Shown here one piece after another: positions 31,136-40,471 of a stretch of DNA of 64,000 nt. Location: the NCBI GenBank assembly GCA_963707695.1, contig CAVPQY010000005.1:100050-164049 (forward strand), read 5' to 3'. Both the position numbers and the translations under genes were made by a program. How positions within the stretch are numbered: the first letter of the stretch is position 1; each line of letters opens with the position of its first letter. This DNA is from an uncultured Actinomycetes bacterium. GTDB lineage: Bacteria; Actinomycetota; Thermoleophilia; Solirubrobacterales; Solirubrobacteraceae. The notes under the pieces are model-generated. The model saw only the letters and a list, made by a program, of their open reading frames with translations. It did no database searches and was not told the DNA's origin.

Positions 31136-31680
31136 GGCCGGCCGAGCTCCTGGGCGTCGCGGACGACCCGCCGCAGCAGGCGGGCCAGGGTGGCGCGCTC
31201 CTCGGGATCCAGGCCCGCGGTGAGGGCGGACTCGCCCGCGTTGAACTCCGGGAAGAGCGCCTGGATGAGCCGCTCGCCGTCGTCGGTCAGGGCCAGGCGG
31301 CACAGCCGCCGGTCGGTCTCGTGGCCCTCGCGGCGCACGAGGCCCCGGCGCTCGAGCGTGTCCGCGACGCCGGAGATCGTCGGGCGGGCGACGCCCGTCG
31401 AGTCCGCCAGGGCGCGGACCTCCCGCGGTCCCCAGACCCAGACCGTGAAGAGCGTCGCGAAGCCGGTCCAGCTCAGGTCGTGGCGGCGCAGGACGGTCCG
31501 CTCGAGATGCGAGCGGACGCCCTGGGCGGCGCGGAACACGTTGGCGCAGACCGCCATCGCCGCGAGGTCGACGGGGAGATCGCCGACGCGCGCGAGGACG
31601 TCGGCCTCGGCGGGGACGAGCGGGTCGGCCTGGGCGGCGCGGGGGCCGGCCGGGTCGTGGGGCGGGCGCTGGACGGCCAC
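31132..31680 (-). CDS. MarR-family transcriptional regulator
   Basis: Track ORF 31132..31680. The winged HTH reads LSWTGFATLFTVWVWGPREVRALADSTGVARPTISGVADTLERRGLVRREGHETDRRLCRLALTDDG. The stop overlaps the ALDH start (ATGA). The true start may be internal. Confidence 0.85.
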   Translation of the reverse strand: MAVQRPPHDPAGPRAAQADPLVPAEADVLARVGDLPVDLAAMAVCANVFRAAQGVRSHLERTVLRRHDLSWTGFATLFTVWVWGPREVRALADSTGVARPTISGVADTLERRGLVRREGHETDRRLCRLALTDDGERLIQALFPEFNAGESALTAGLDPEERATLARLLRRVVRDAQELGRP

Positions 31681-31691
31681 GACCGCAGACG

Positions 31692-31703
31692 TTAGGCTCC
31701 TAA
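31692..31703. promoter_or_regulatory. Palindrome TTAGG-CT-CCTAA in the marR / GATase divergent gap (candidate MarR operator)
   Basis: AT-rich 12-bp perfect palindrome in a very short intergenic region. It stands out against the GC-rich background. Confidence 0.4.
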
Positions 31704-31707
31704 TGAG

Positions 31708-32433
31708 ATGCGGTCAAGGGACCGAGGGACGCCGGGTCGGCCCGGGCTCGTGCTCCAGCACGGGGCCACCGGGCCGCCGGACCTGCTCGAGCGCTGGCTG
31801 CGGACGCGCGGCGTGCCCTTCGACGTGCACCACGCCGACCGCGACGCGCTGCCCGCCGACGTCCGCGGGCGCGCCTTCGTCGCGTCGCTGGGCTCGCGGC
31901 ACTCGCCCGCCGGCGGCGGCCCCGCCTGGGTCGGACAGGAGGTCGAGCTCCTGCGCGGCGCCGTGGCCCACGACGTCCCCGTCCTCGGCCTGTGCTTCGG
32001 CGGACAGGCACTGGCCGCCGCCCTCGGCGCGCCGGTGCGCCGGGCCGCGCGCGGCGAGGTGGGGTGGGCGGACGTCGAGACGGACGACCCCGGGCTCGTC
32101 CCGTCCGGGCCGTGGCTCTGGTTCCACTGGGACGTCTTCGCCGTCCCGTCCGGGGCGACGGAGGTCGCGCGCTCGCCTGCGGGCCCCGCGGCCTTCACCC
32201 ACGGCCCGCACCTCGGCGTCCAGTTCCACCCCGAGACCGGGCCCGACGTCGCCGACGCCTGGGCGCGCAAGGAGGTCGAGCGCCTCGCCGCCCTCGGCCT
32301 GACGCCGGACGTCCTGCTGGCCCAGGGCCGCGCCGTCGCCGACCGCGCGGCCGCCCAGGCCGCGCGCCTCTTCGACGCCTGGTGGGCGCGGGCGCGCGCC
32401 GTGCGGGCGGCGACGCCGGAGGGCGTCGCGTGA
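31708..32433 (+). CDS. Class I glutamine amidotransferase-like protein (possible gamma-glutamyl-amide hydrolase)
   Basis: Track ORF 31708..32433. It reads LVLQHGATGPPDLLERWL, the nucleophile elbow PVLGLCFGGQALA, and VQFHPE. The alternative start is GTG 31750. Confidence 0.75.
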   Translation: MRSRDRGTPGRPGLVLQHGATGPPDLLERWLRTRGVPFDVHHADRDALPADVRGRAFVASLGSRHSPAGGGPAWVGQEVELLRGAVAHDVPVLGLCFGGQALAAALGAPVRRAARGEVGWADVETDDPGLVPSGPWLWFHWDVFAVPSGATEVARSPAGPAAFTHGPHLGVQFHPETGPDVADAWARKEVERLAALGLTPDVLLAQGRAVADRAAAQAARLFDAWWARARAVRAATPEGVA

Positions 32434-33807
32434 CCGCTGCGGCCTCGCCGGCCGGCCTCCGCGCGCTGCTCGCGCAGGAGGAGGAGCGCTTCGTGGCAGC
32501 GCGCCCGGCCTCCGCCCGCCTCGCCGCCGAGGCGTCGGGGTCGCTGCTCGGCGGCGTGCCGATGACGTGGATGGCGAAGTGGCCCGGGCCCTTCCCGCTC
32601 TTCCTGGAGCGCGCGCGCGGCGCCCGGCTCGAGGACGTCGACGGCCACACCTACGTCGACCTGTGCCTGGGCGACACCGGCGCGATGGCCGGCCACAGCC
32701 CGCGGCCGGTCGCGGACGCGGTGACGGAGCGCCTGACGCACCGCGGCGGCGCCACGACGATGCTCCCCACGGAGGACGCCGCGCGGGTGGCGGGGCTGCT
32801 GGCCGACCGCTTCGGCCTCCCGACGTGGAGCTTCGCGCTGTCGGCGACCGACGCCAACCGCTGGGTCCTGCGCCTGTGCCGGCACCTCTCGGGACGACGG
32901 AAGGTCCTCGTGTTCGACGGCTGCTACCACGGCACGGTGGACGAGACCTTCGCGGTCCTCCGCGACGGGCGGGTCGTCGCCCGGGACGGCAACGTCGGCG
33001 CCCCGGCCGACCTCACGACGCACGACGCGCGTGTGCGCGTTCAACGACCTCGGCGCCGTCGAGCGCGAGCTCGCCCACGGCGACGTCGCGTGCGTGCTCA
33101 CCGAGCCGGCGTTGACGAACATCGGGATCGTCCTGCCCGAGCCGGGGTTCCTGGACGGGCTCGCCGCGGCCTGCCGGCGGACCGGGACGCTGCTCGTGAT
33201 CGACGAGACGCACACGCTCAGCGCCGGCTACGGCGGGTGCACGCGCGCCTGGGGCCTCGAGCCGGACGTCGTCACGATCGGCAAGGCGATCGCCGGCGGC
33301 GTCCCGATCGGCGCCTTCGGGCTGACCGCCGAGCTCGCGGCGCGCGTCACCGCCCTGCGGGACGCCGACCTCGTCGACACCGGCGGGGTGGGCGGCACGC
33401 TGGCCGGCAACGCGCTGTCGCTGGCCGCGGCCCGCGCGACCCTGTCCGAGGTCCTGACCGAGGGCGCGATGGCGCGAATGGTCGCCCTGGGCGAGCGCTA
33501 CGCCACCGGGCTGCGCGCCGTGCTGGCCGAGGCCGGCCTGGCCTGGTCGGTCGTCGGGCTCGGGGCCCGGGCCGAGTTCTCCTTCGCGGCGACGCCGCCG
33601 CGCGACGGCGCCGCGGCGGCCGCGACCCACGACGACGACCTCGACCGCTACGTCCACCTCGCGCTCCTGAACCGCGGCGTGCTGCTCACGCCCTTCCACG
33701 CGATGGCTCTCATGAGCCCGGCGACGACCGCCCAGGACGTCGACGCCGCGCTGACGGCCTTCGCCGAGGTGCTCGCGCCGCTCCGGCCGGACGTCAGAGC
33801 GCGCTGA
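32430..33807 (+). pseudogene. Class III (GSA-aminomutase-like) PLP aminotransferase; frameshifted as sequenced (indel near 33030-33040)
   Basis: The GTG overlaps the GATase stop (GTGA). The N-terminal part is in the frame of ORF 31992.. (VTAAASPAGLRALLAQEEERF...YVDLCLGDTGAMAGHSP...FALSATDANRWVLRL...FDGCYHGTVDE...APADLTTHDARV). The remainder is in ORF 33031..33807 (AFNDLGAVERELAHGDVACVLTEPALTNIGIVLPEPGFL...LLVIDETHTL...VTIGKAIAGGVPIGAFG...GGTLAGNALS). Confidence 0.8.
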
Positions 33808-34723
33808 CGCGCGTGACGACGTCCCGGCACCACCCCGCGAACGCGGCGCGGTCGTCGAGGAACTGGCTCGGCTTGAGGCAGATCGAGCCGAAGCCGCGGG
33901 CGACCTGGGCCGGGATCGTCGCCAGCGCCTCGTCGAGGTCGGCGACCCCGTCGGCCGTCGGGAAGCGGCCGCGCACGCCGCCGACGAGCTCGAGGGCGTC
34001 CGGGTCGCGCCCGGCGTCGCGGAGCGCCGCGCGCACGCGCGCGAGGTCCTCGTCGCCGAGCGGGCCGAGCGGGTTGAGCCCATGGCCGTGGCGGACGAGG
34101 CGCCGCAGCAGCCGGGGGTGCAGCGAGCTGCCGCCGAACCACAGCCGCACGCCGTCGGGCCGCCACGGCTTGGGCTCGACGACGACGTCCGCGAAGGCGT
34201 AGTGGGCGCCGCGGAAGGACGACGGCGTCGTCGTCCACGCGGCCTCCCAGGCGGCGAGGTGCTCGTCGAGCAGCGCGCCGCGCGCCGCGAAGTCGACGCC
34301 GAGCGCGTCGTACTCGGCGCGGTGCCAGCTCACGGTCGGCAGCACGACGAGCCGCCCCTCGCTGAGCAGGTCGAGCGTCGCGAGGTCCTTGGCGAGCAGG
34401 AGCGGGTGGCGCAGCGGGGCGATGACGGCGGCGGCGGCGAGGCGGATCCGCGTCGTGGCGGAGGCGATCGCGGCGAGCAGGACCGTCGAGCTCGGCCAGG
34501 GCATGCGCGGGTCCTGGTTGCCGGGCAGCGCGTACTCGCGCGGGTTGGCCATCGGGCCGCCGGCGTCCGCCCCAGGCCCGAGGACGACGTGCTCGCTGAG
34601 CATCACCGCGTCGAAGCCCGCGTCCTCGGCCTCGGCGGCCATGCGCACGAGGCCGCGCAGATCGCGCGGGTCGGCGAGCGTCCAGTTCTCGCTCAGGACG
34701 AGGACGAGCCGGACGCCGGTCAT
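33794..34723 (-). CDS. Luciferase-like monooxygenase (LLM) class, probably F420-dependent oxidoreductase
   Basis: Track ORF 33794..34723. It reads LVRMAAEAEDAGFDAVMLSEHVV, IRLAAAAVIAPLRHPLLLAKDLATLDLLSEGRLVV and WFGGSS. Confidence 0.75.
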   Translation of the reverse strand: MTGVRLVLVLSENWTLADPRDLRGLVRMAAEAEDAGFDAVMLSEHVVLGPGADAGGPMANPREYALPGNQDPRMPWPSSTVLLAAIASATTRIRLAAAAVIAPLRHPLLLAKDLATLDLLSEGRLVVLPTVSWHRAEYDALGVDFAARGALLDEHLAAWEAAWTTTPSSFRGAHYAFADVVVEPKPWRPDGVRLWFGGSSLHPRLLRRLVRHGHGLNPLGPLGDEDLARVRAALRDAGRDPDALELVGGVRGRFPTADGVADLDEALATIPAQVARGFGSICLKPSQFLDDRAAFAGWCRDVVTRVSAL

Positions 34724-35514
34724 GCCGGCGGCAGGTCCTGGAAGGTCGTGGTCGCGACGTCGACGACGCTCGAGCCGCCGTCGACCGCGAGCACCGCCCC
34801 CGTGACGAACGACGCGTCGTCGCCGGCCAGGAACGCCACCGCCGCGGCGATCTCGGCAGGATCGGCCGCCCGGCGCAGCGGCGTGTGGCGCACGGACGCG
34901 GCGTAGGCGGCCTCCCGGTCGAGCCCGAGCCCGGCGCCGAGCTCGTCCATCTCGCCGTCCGCCATCGGCGTGCGGACCCAGCCCGGGGCGACCGCGTTGA
35001 CGCGCACCTCCGGGCCGTAGTCGAGCGCCGCCTGCCGGGTCAGCATGAGCAGCGCGGCCTTCGCCGTCGCGTACGGCGCGACGCCGGGGCCGGCGCGCAG
35101 CCCGGCCACGGAGCTGACGTTGACGACCGCCCCGCGCGTGGACCGCAGCACCGGCAGCGCGGCGCGCAGCACGAGGAAGGCGCCGGTGAGGTTGAGCTCG
35201 AGCGCGGTGCGCCAGTCGGCCGGGGTGACGTCGGCCACGGCGCCGGCGCCGCCCGCGCCGGCGTTGTTGACGACGACGTTCAGCGCGTCCCCGGCCACCG
35301 CGACGGCCCGCGCCACGTCGTCCTCGTCGGTCACGTCGCCGGCGACCGCCACGCCCCGGCCGTCGGGGAGCGCCGCCGCGGCGCGCTCGACGAGCTCGGC
35401 GCGCCGGCCGACCAGCACGACGCGCGCCCCCTCGCCGGCCAGCCGCCGGGCGACGGCCAGCCCGATGCCGGTGGCGCCGCCGGTGACGAGCGCCGTGCGC
35501 CCGGCGAACCTCAC
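34720..35514 (-). CDS. Short-chain dehydrogenase/reductase (SDR)
   Basis: Part of track ORF 34720..35838 from GTG 35514. It reads RTALVTGGATGIGLAVARRLA, NNAGA, VNVSSVAG, YATAKAAL and NAVAPGWVRTPM. It has 4-nt overlaps with both neighbouring genes. Confidence 0.85.
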   Translation of the reverse strand: MRFAGRTALVTGGATGIGLAVARRLAGEGARVVLVGRRAELVERAAAALPDGRGVAVAGDVTDEDDVARAVAVAGDALNVVVNNAGAGGAGAVADVTPADWRTALELNLTGAFLVLRAALPVLRSTRGAVVNVSSVAGLRAGPGVAPYATAKAALLMLTRQAALDYGPEVRVNAVAPGWVRTPMADGEMDELGAGLGLDREAAYAASVRHTPLRRAADPAEIAAAVAFLAGDDASFVTGAVLAVDGGSSVVDVATTTFQDLPPA

Positions 35515-36053
35515 GGCGCCGCCCCGCGCAGGCTTCGCGTCCACCGGCGCTCGCCGTCCTCGCGCGCGCCGCCCGGCGCCAGCCCGAGGTGCTGGGCGAC
35601 GGCCTCCGACGCGCGGTGCCCGGGCGCGATGTGGGCGACGAGCTCCTCGACGCCCTGGGTGGCCAGCCAGCCTGCGACCGCCGTGGCCGCCTCGGTCGCC
35701 AGGCCCTGCCCCTGGTGCGCGGTCGCGACCACCCAGGCCAGCTCGGCGCGGCGGCGCCCGTCGGCCTCGGTGACGGTCGCCTGCACCGTGCCCGCGGGCG
35801 GGCCGCCGGCGGCCGGCCGCAGGACCCAGTTCAGCCATGCGGCGCGGCCGTCGGGCGACACGCCGCCCTCGCGCCGCGCGTAGGCGGCGCGCAGCTCCCC
35901 CGCGGTCGCAGGCGCGCCGCCCGTGAAGGCGTGCAGCGCCGGGTCGTCGAGGACGGGGGCGAGCTCGTCGGCGTGGCCGGCCCGCAGCGGGTCGAGCACG
36001 AGGCGCGCGGTCGCCAGGGTGACGGCCCGCGGGTGGCCGGCGGGCGCGCTCAC
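35511..36053 (-). CDS. GNAT-family N-acetyltransferase (RimJ/RimL-like)
   Basis: C-terminal 180 aa of track ORF 35511..37745 from GTG 36053 (GTGA overlap with the decarboxylase stop). It reads LATARLVLDPLRAGHADEL...AELAWVVATAHQGQGLATEAATAVAGWL...ELVAHIAPGHRASEAVAQHLG. Confidence 0.75.
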   Translation of the reverse strand: MSAPAGHPRAVTLATARLVLDPLRAGHADELAPVLDDPALHAFTGGAPATAGELRAAYARREGGVSPDGRAAWLNWVLRPAAGGPPAGTVQATVTEADGRRRAELAWVVATAHQGQGLATEAATAVAGWLATQGVEELVAHIAPGHRASEAVAQHLGLAPGGAREDGERRWTRSLRGAAP

Positions 36054-37495
36054 CCGGCCAGGCGCTCGCCCAGCTCGCGGACGACGTCGAGGATCGAGGC
36101 GACCTCGTCGTCGCGCGTGCGGAAGTTCACGAAGCACACCCGCAGGCAGACCTGCCCGTCGACGACGGCGGGCGCCAGGTAGACGCGGCCGTCCGCCTGG
36201 ACGGCGTGGGCGAGCTCGCGGTTGTGGGCGTCGAGCTCGCCCGGCGTCCGGCCGGGCGGCGCGTGGCGGAAGCAGACCGTCGAGAGCTGTGGCCGGTGCA
36301 GCAGGGCGAAGGCGTCGTCGGCCTCGATGAGCGCCTCCAGCCGCCGGGCCAGGCCGATCGTGTGCTCGATCCACCCGCGGTAGGCCGCGGCGCCGTGGAT
36401 CCGGAAGGCGAGCCACAGCTTCACCGACCGGAACGGCCGCGAGTACTCGAGCGTGCGATCGACCGCGTTCGTCGTGCCGTCGCGGTGCAGCATGTAGCGC
36501 TCCTCGTGGCCGAAGGCCGCCTCCAGGGCGGTGCCGTCGGCCAGCAGGACGAGCGAGCAGCTCTTCTGCACCCCGAGCCACTTGTGGGCGTCGAGCGTCA
36601 GCGAGTCGGCGCGCTCGAGGCCCGCGAAGAGCGGGCGGCCGGTCGGCGTGGCCGCGGCCGGCAGGCCGTAGGCGCCGTCGACGTGCAGCCAGACGCCGTG
36701 GCGGGCGCAGACCTCGGCGATGGCGTCGAGCGGGTCGACGGCCCCGGTGAGCGTCGTGCCGCCGTTGGCGACCACGGCGACGGGCGTCACGCCGGCCGCG
36801 ACGTCGGCCGCGATCGCCGCGTCGAGGTCGGCCGGGCGCATCCGGCGGAGGTCGTCGAGGGCCAGGTGCCGGACCGCGGCGCCGCCGAGGCCGGCGGCCT
36901 CGACCGCGCGCACGACGGAGTGGTGCGCCTCCTCCGAGCAGTAGACGGCGCCGCGGTGGCCGGCGAGGCCGTCGTGGCGGCTGCCGGGCAGGGCGCGCTC
37001 GCGGGCGGCGAGCAGGGCGGTGAGGTTCGACGTCATCCCGCCGCTCGTGAAGGCCCCGAAGGCGTGCGGGTAGCCGACGAAGCTCGCGACCCACGCGAGG
37101 GCCTGGCGCTCGACCAGGTCCGCGCCGCCGGCCGTGGTGGCGAGGTTGACGTCGTAGGTCGCCGCGAGCGCCTCCCCGAGCACCCCGACCTCGAGGCCCG
37201 TCGAGCCGATGTAGGCGAGGTACAGCGGGCGGGCGGGGGACACGCTGGCGTCCAGCACGCGGACGGCGTCGTCGAGGACGCCCTCGGGCGCGCTGCCGTG
37301 CTCGGGGAGCCCCTCGCGCAGCCGGGCCGCCAGGTCGTCGTCGACGGGGGGCTCCTCGGGGCGGGGCTCGTCGAAGGAGCGCCAGGCCTCGGCGATGCGG
37401 CGGGAGAGCAGCGCGAGCACGGCCTCGCGGTCGGCCAGGTCGGGGCGGTCCAGGCGGGGCTCCAGCTGTCCGGCGTCGGTCACGGTCGGGCCCAT
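36050..37495 (-). CDS. Group II PLP-dependent amino-acid decarboxylase (aromatic-L-amino-acid / diaminobutyrate decarboxylase-like)
   Basis: Track ORF 36050..37573 trimmed to ATG 37495. It reads FTSGGMTSNLTALLAARE, HVDGAYG, the PLP lysine motif SLTLDAHKWLGVQKSCS, and RPFRSVKLWLAF. Confidence 0.85.
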   Translation of the reverse strand: MGPTVTDAGQLEPRLDRPDLADREAVLALLSRRIAEAWRSFDEPRPEEPPVDDDLAARLREGLPEHGSAPEGVLDDAVRVLDASVSPARPLYLAYIGSTGLEVGVLGEALAATYDVNLATTAGGADLVERQALAWVASFVGYPHAFGAFTSGGMTSNLTALLAARERALPGSRHDGLAGHRGAVYCSEEAHHSVVRAVEAAGLGGAAVRHLALDDLRRMRPADLDAAIAADVAAGVTPVAVVANGGTTLTGAVDPLDAIAEVCARHGVWLHVDGAYGLPAAATPTGRPLFAGLERADSLTLDAHKWLGVQKSCSLVLLADGTALEAAFGHEERYMLHRDGTTNAVDRTLEYSRPFRSVKLWLAFRIHGAAAYRGWIEHTIGLARRLEALIEADDAFALLHRPQLSTVCFRHAPPGRTPGELDAHNRELAHAVQADGRVYLAPAVVDGQVCLRVCFVNFRTRDDEVASILDVVRELGERLAG

Positions 37496-37552
37496 GCCCA
37501 CGGGGCTCGGACTTGACGCTCCCTCCCGGTCCCGGTAGACCATCGCACCGAT

Positions 37553-37567
37553 TGGATACATTATCCA
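37553..37567. promoter_or_regulatory. Operator-like perfect palindrome TGGATA-CAT-TATCCA (copy 1), overlapping a -10-like CATTAT
   Basis: It lies in the 95-nt divergent gap between the decarboxylase operon and the APC permease operon. TAGACC-N17-CATTAT is readable in the + orientation. An identical 15-mer recurs at 52461-52475. Confidence 0.6.
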
Positions 37568-37590
37568 TCTCACCCTGGGGAGGGGAGAAG

Positions 37591-39111
37591 ATGTCCGACG
37601 TGCCGCAGTCCGGCGCCGCGCCCGCCCACCTCGGCGAGAAGCGGCTGTCCACGATCCACGCGATCGGCCAGTCGCTGGCCGTGGGCCCCATCTTCTCGGT
37701 CGGGGCCATCTCGGGCCTCATCGCGGGCAAGGCCGGGTTCAACACCCCCCTCTCCGTCCTCTTCGGGGCGATCGGCGCGCTGTGCCTGGGCTACGTGATC
37801 TCGGTCTACGCGCGGCGCTACGCGGGCGCGGGGGCGATCTACGAGTACGTCGTCCGCGGCGGCCACCCCGACGTCGGCGTCGTCGCAGCCGGCCTCTACG
37901 CGCTGGGCCTCCTCTTCCTGGGTGGCGGCGGCGTGTTCATCGCCATCGGCTTCCTGTCGCAGGGCTTCTTCGCCGCCCACTGGACGGCGCTCGACGGGGT
38001 GCAGTGGTGGATCTGGGGCGCCATCGGCCTGGTCATCGCGACGGGCCTGAACCACTTCGGCGTCCGCCTGGCCGTGCGCGGCGTGCTCCTGCTCGCCGCG
38101 CTGTCGTCGATCCCGCTCGTCATCACGGCGATCATCGTGATCCTCAAGGGCGGCGCCGACGTGAACACGCTGAAGGTCTTCGACCCGGGACAGACCTCCT
38201 GGAACAGCGTCTTCAACGGCATCCTCTTCGCGGTCACGCTCTTCATCGGCTTCGAGATCGCCGCGTCGATCGGCGAGGAGGCGCACGACCCGCAGCGCGC
38301 CATCCCGCGCGCGGTCATCGGGACGATCCTCCTCTCGGGCGCCTTCTACCTCCTGGTCACCTACGCCGCGACGATCGGCTTCGGCGCCGCCGACGTGCAG
38401 CAGGCCTACGCCTCGTCGCCCAGCCCGATCGGCGAGATCGCGGGCCGCTACGTCGGCCGCGGCATGTCGACGATCGTCGACCTCGTCATCGTGCTCGACG
38501 CGATCTCCGTCGCGATCGCCTTCACCGTCGGCGCCTCCCGCATCTTCTTCGCCCTCGGCCGCGACCGGCTGCTGCCCTCCTGGTTCGCGCGCACGACGCG
38601 CTACGACACACCGCTGGGCGGGAACCTCGTCGTGGTCGCCGCGGGCGTCGTCGCGCTCGTGTGGGCCGGGCGGACGAACTACGGCGGGCCGGTGCAGCTC
38701 CCCGACGAGATCGAGGCGTTCTCGATCTCGGCCGCCGCCGGCTCGTACCTCGTCGAGGCGATCTACGTGCTGCTCGCGCTCTTCGCGCTGCGGATCGTGT
38801 GGAAGGCCGGGCGCGACGGGCTGTGGTGGAAGGTCCCGGTGATCCTCCTCGGCCTGGCCACGCCGCTGCTGGCGTACAAGGGCTCGCTGGATCCGTGGCC
38901 CACCTATCCCAACAACCGCGGCATCATCCTGGCCCTGGTGTCCGTCGGGCTCGTCGCCGTCTGGTACGCCTACCTCAAGGTGCGCCACCCCGACCGGATC
39001 CGGAACGCCGCCTCGCACGCCATCGAGCACCACGGCGTGCCGCCGCTGGACGAGACCCTGGAGTTCGAGCCCACGCCGTCGGACACGCTCCTGCGGCCCA
39101 AGGAGGTCTAG
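37591..39111 (+). CDS. APC-superfamily amino acid/polyamine permease
   Basis: Track ORF 37513..39111 from ATG 37591 (SD-like GGGGAGGGGAG upstream). It has about 12 hydrophobic helices and motifs such as FIGFEIAASIGEEAHDPQRAIPRAV. Confidence 0.85.
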   Translation: MSDVPQSGAAPAHLGEKRLSTIHAIGQSLAVGPIFSVGAISGLIAGKAGFNTPLSVLFGAIGALCLGYVISVYARRYAGAGAIYEYVVRGGHPDVGVVAAGLYALGLLFLGGGGVFIAIGFLSQGFFAAHWTALDGVQWWIWGAIGLVIATGLNHFGVRLAVRGVLLLAALSSIPLVITAIIVILKGGADVNTLKVFDPGQTSWNSVFNGILFAVTLFIGFEIAASIGEEAHDPQRAIPRAVIGTILLSGAFYLLVTYAATIGFGAADVQQAYASSPSPIGEIAGRYVGRGMSTIVDLVIVLDAISVAIAFTVGASRIFFALGRDRLLPSWFARTTRYDTPLGGNLVVVAAGVVALVWAGRTNYGGPVQLPDEIEAFSISAAAGSYLVEAIYVLLALFALRIVWKAGRDGLWWKVPVILLGLATPLLAYKGSLDPWPTYPNNRGIILALVSVGLVAVWYAYLKVRHPDRIRNAASHAIEHHGVPPLDETLEFEPTPSDTLLRPKEV

Positions 39112-39118
39112 GCCCACG

Positions 39119-40471
39119 ATGGCCCTCACGGAGCAGCCCAGCGCGCACGACGTGCGCGCCGCCCTGCCGGCCGAGGTCACGGCGGTGCGCGTGACCTACG
39201 CCGACCTGCACGGCGTGCAGCGCGGCAAGGACGTCCCCGTCGCCGAGCTGGAGCACGTGCTGCGCTCGGGCTTGGCCTTCTGCTGGGCGGTCATGGGCAC
39301 CGACCTGCGTCACACGCCCGTCGTCGGGGGCGAGCTGGGCTACCCGGACATGATCGCGCGGCTGGACCCGTCGACGCTCGTGCAGGTCCCCTGGGAGCCG
39401 AGCGTCGCCGTGGGCCTGGCCGACCTCGAGCGCGCCCTCACGCACGAGCCCGAGCCGACCGACCCGCGTCACGCGGTGCGCCGCGCGGTGGAGGCGTTCG
39501 CCGAGCTGGGGTTCGTCCCGGTCGTCGGCCCCGAGCTCGAGTTCTTCCTCCTGCGCCCCGACGTCGACGCCCCCGGCGGGGCGTCCAAGCGCCATGTCGA
39601 CCACCTCTCGATGGTCTACACCGTCGGCGCGCAGGCGGATCCCAACGGCGTCGTCCGCACGCTGCTGGAGGGCTGCGCGGCGCTCGGCCTGGGCGCGTTC
39701 GCGGCCAACCACGAGTTCATGAACAGCCAGTACGAGATCAACCTCCGCGAGTCGGAGGCCCTCGACGCGGCCGACCGCGCGTTCCGCCTGAAGTCCGCGG
39801 TGAAGGACGCCGCCGCCCAGCGCGGGCTGCACGCGACGTTCATGGGCAAGCCCTTCAACGACCAGGGCGGGTCGGGGTTCCACGTCCACCTCTCGCTGGC
39901 CAGGGACGGCGAGAACGCCTTTCCCGACGAGGACGACGAGCGCGGCGTGGCCCCCGAGCTGCGCCACTTCACGGCGGGGGTCCTGGCGCACGCGCCCGCG
40001 TGCATGGCCTTCCTGAACCCGACGGTCAACGCCTACCGGCGGATCCTGCCCGACTCGCTGGCCCCGACCCACGCCAACTGGGGCTTCGACAATCGCACGA
40101 CGTACGTTCGCATCCCGCCCGAGCGCGGCGGCGCGACGCGCCTGGAAGTCCGCGTGGGCGACGGCTCGTCGAACCCGTACCTCGGGATCGCGGCGGTGCT
40201 CTTCGCCGGCCTCGACGGCGTGCGCCGCGGCCTGGACCCGGGCGAGCCGCTCTCCGGCGACGCCTACACCGCGCCCGAGGACCGGGCCGGCGGACGGCTG
40301 CCCCCGTCGCTCGACGACGCGCTCGACGCCCTCGAGGGCGACGAGGTCATCGCCGAGGCGATGGGGCGCGAGCTCGTCGAGACGTTCGTCGCCGTCAAGC
40401 GCTTCGAGCTCGAGCGCCACCGGGCCCACGTGTCCGAGTGGGAGCTCGAGGAGTACCTCCACCACCTGTAG
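39119..40471 (+). CDS. Glutamine synthetase-family protein, gamma-glutamyl-amine (PuuA/GlnA3-like) synthetase candidate
   Basis: Track ORF 39119..40471. It reads VRVTYADLHGVQRGKDV, GPELEFFLL, ANHEFMNSQYEINL, ATFMGKPF...GSGFHVHLSL, LNPTVNAYRR, NRTTYVRIP and EVRVGDGSSNPYL. Confidence 0.8.
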   Translation: MALTEQPSAHDVRAALPAEVTAVRVTYADLHGVQRGKDVPVAELEHVLRSGLAFCWAVMGTDLRHTPVVGGELGYPDMIARLDPSTLVQVPWEPSVAVGLADLERALTHEPEPTDPRHAVRRAVEAFAELGFVPVVGPELEFFLLRPDVDAPGGASKRHVDHLSMVYTVGAQADPNGVVRTLLEGCAALGLGAFAANHEFMNSQYEINLRESEALDAADRAFRLKSAVKDAAAQRGLHATFMGKPFNDQGGSGFHVHLSLARDGENAFPDEDDERGVAPELRHFTAGVLAHAPACMAFLNPTVNAYRRILPDSLAPTHANWGFDNRTTYVRIPPERGGATRLEVRVGDGSSNPYLGIAAVLFAGLDGVRRGLDPGEPLSGDAYTAPEDRAGGRLPPSLDDALDALEGDEVIAEAMGRELVETFVAVKRFELERHRAHVSEWELEEYLHHL

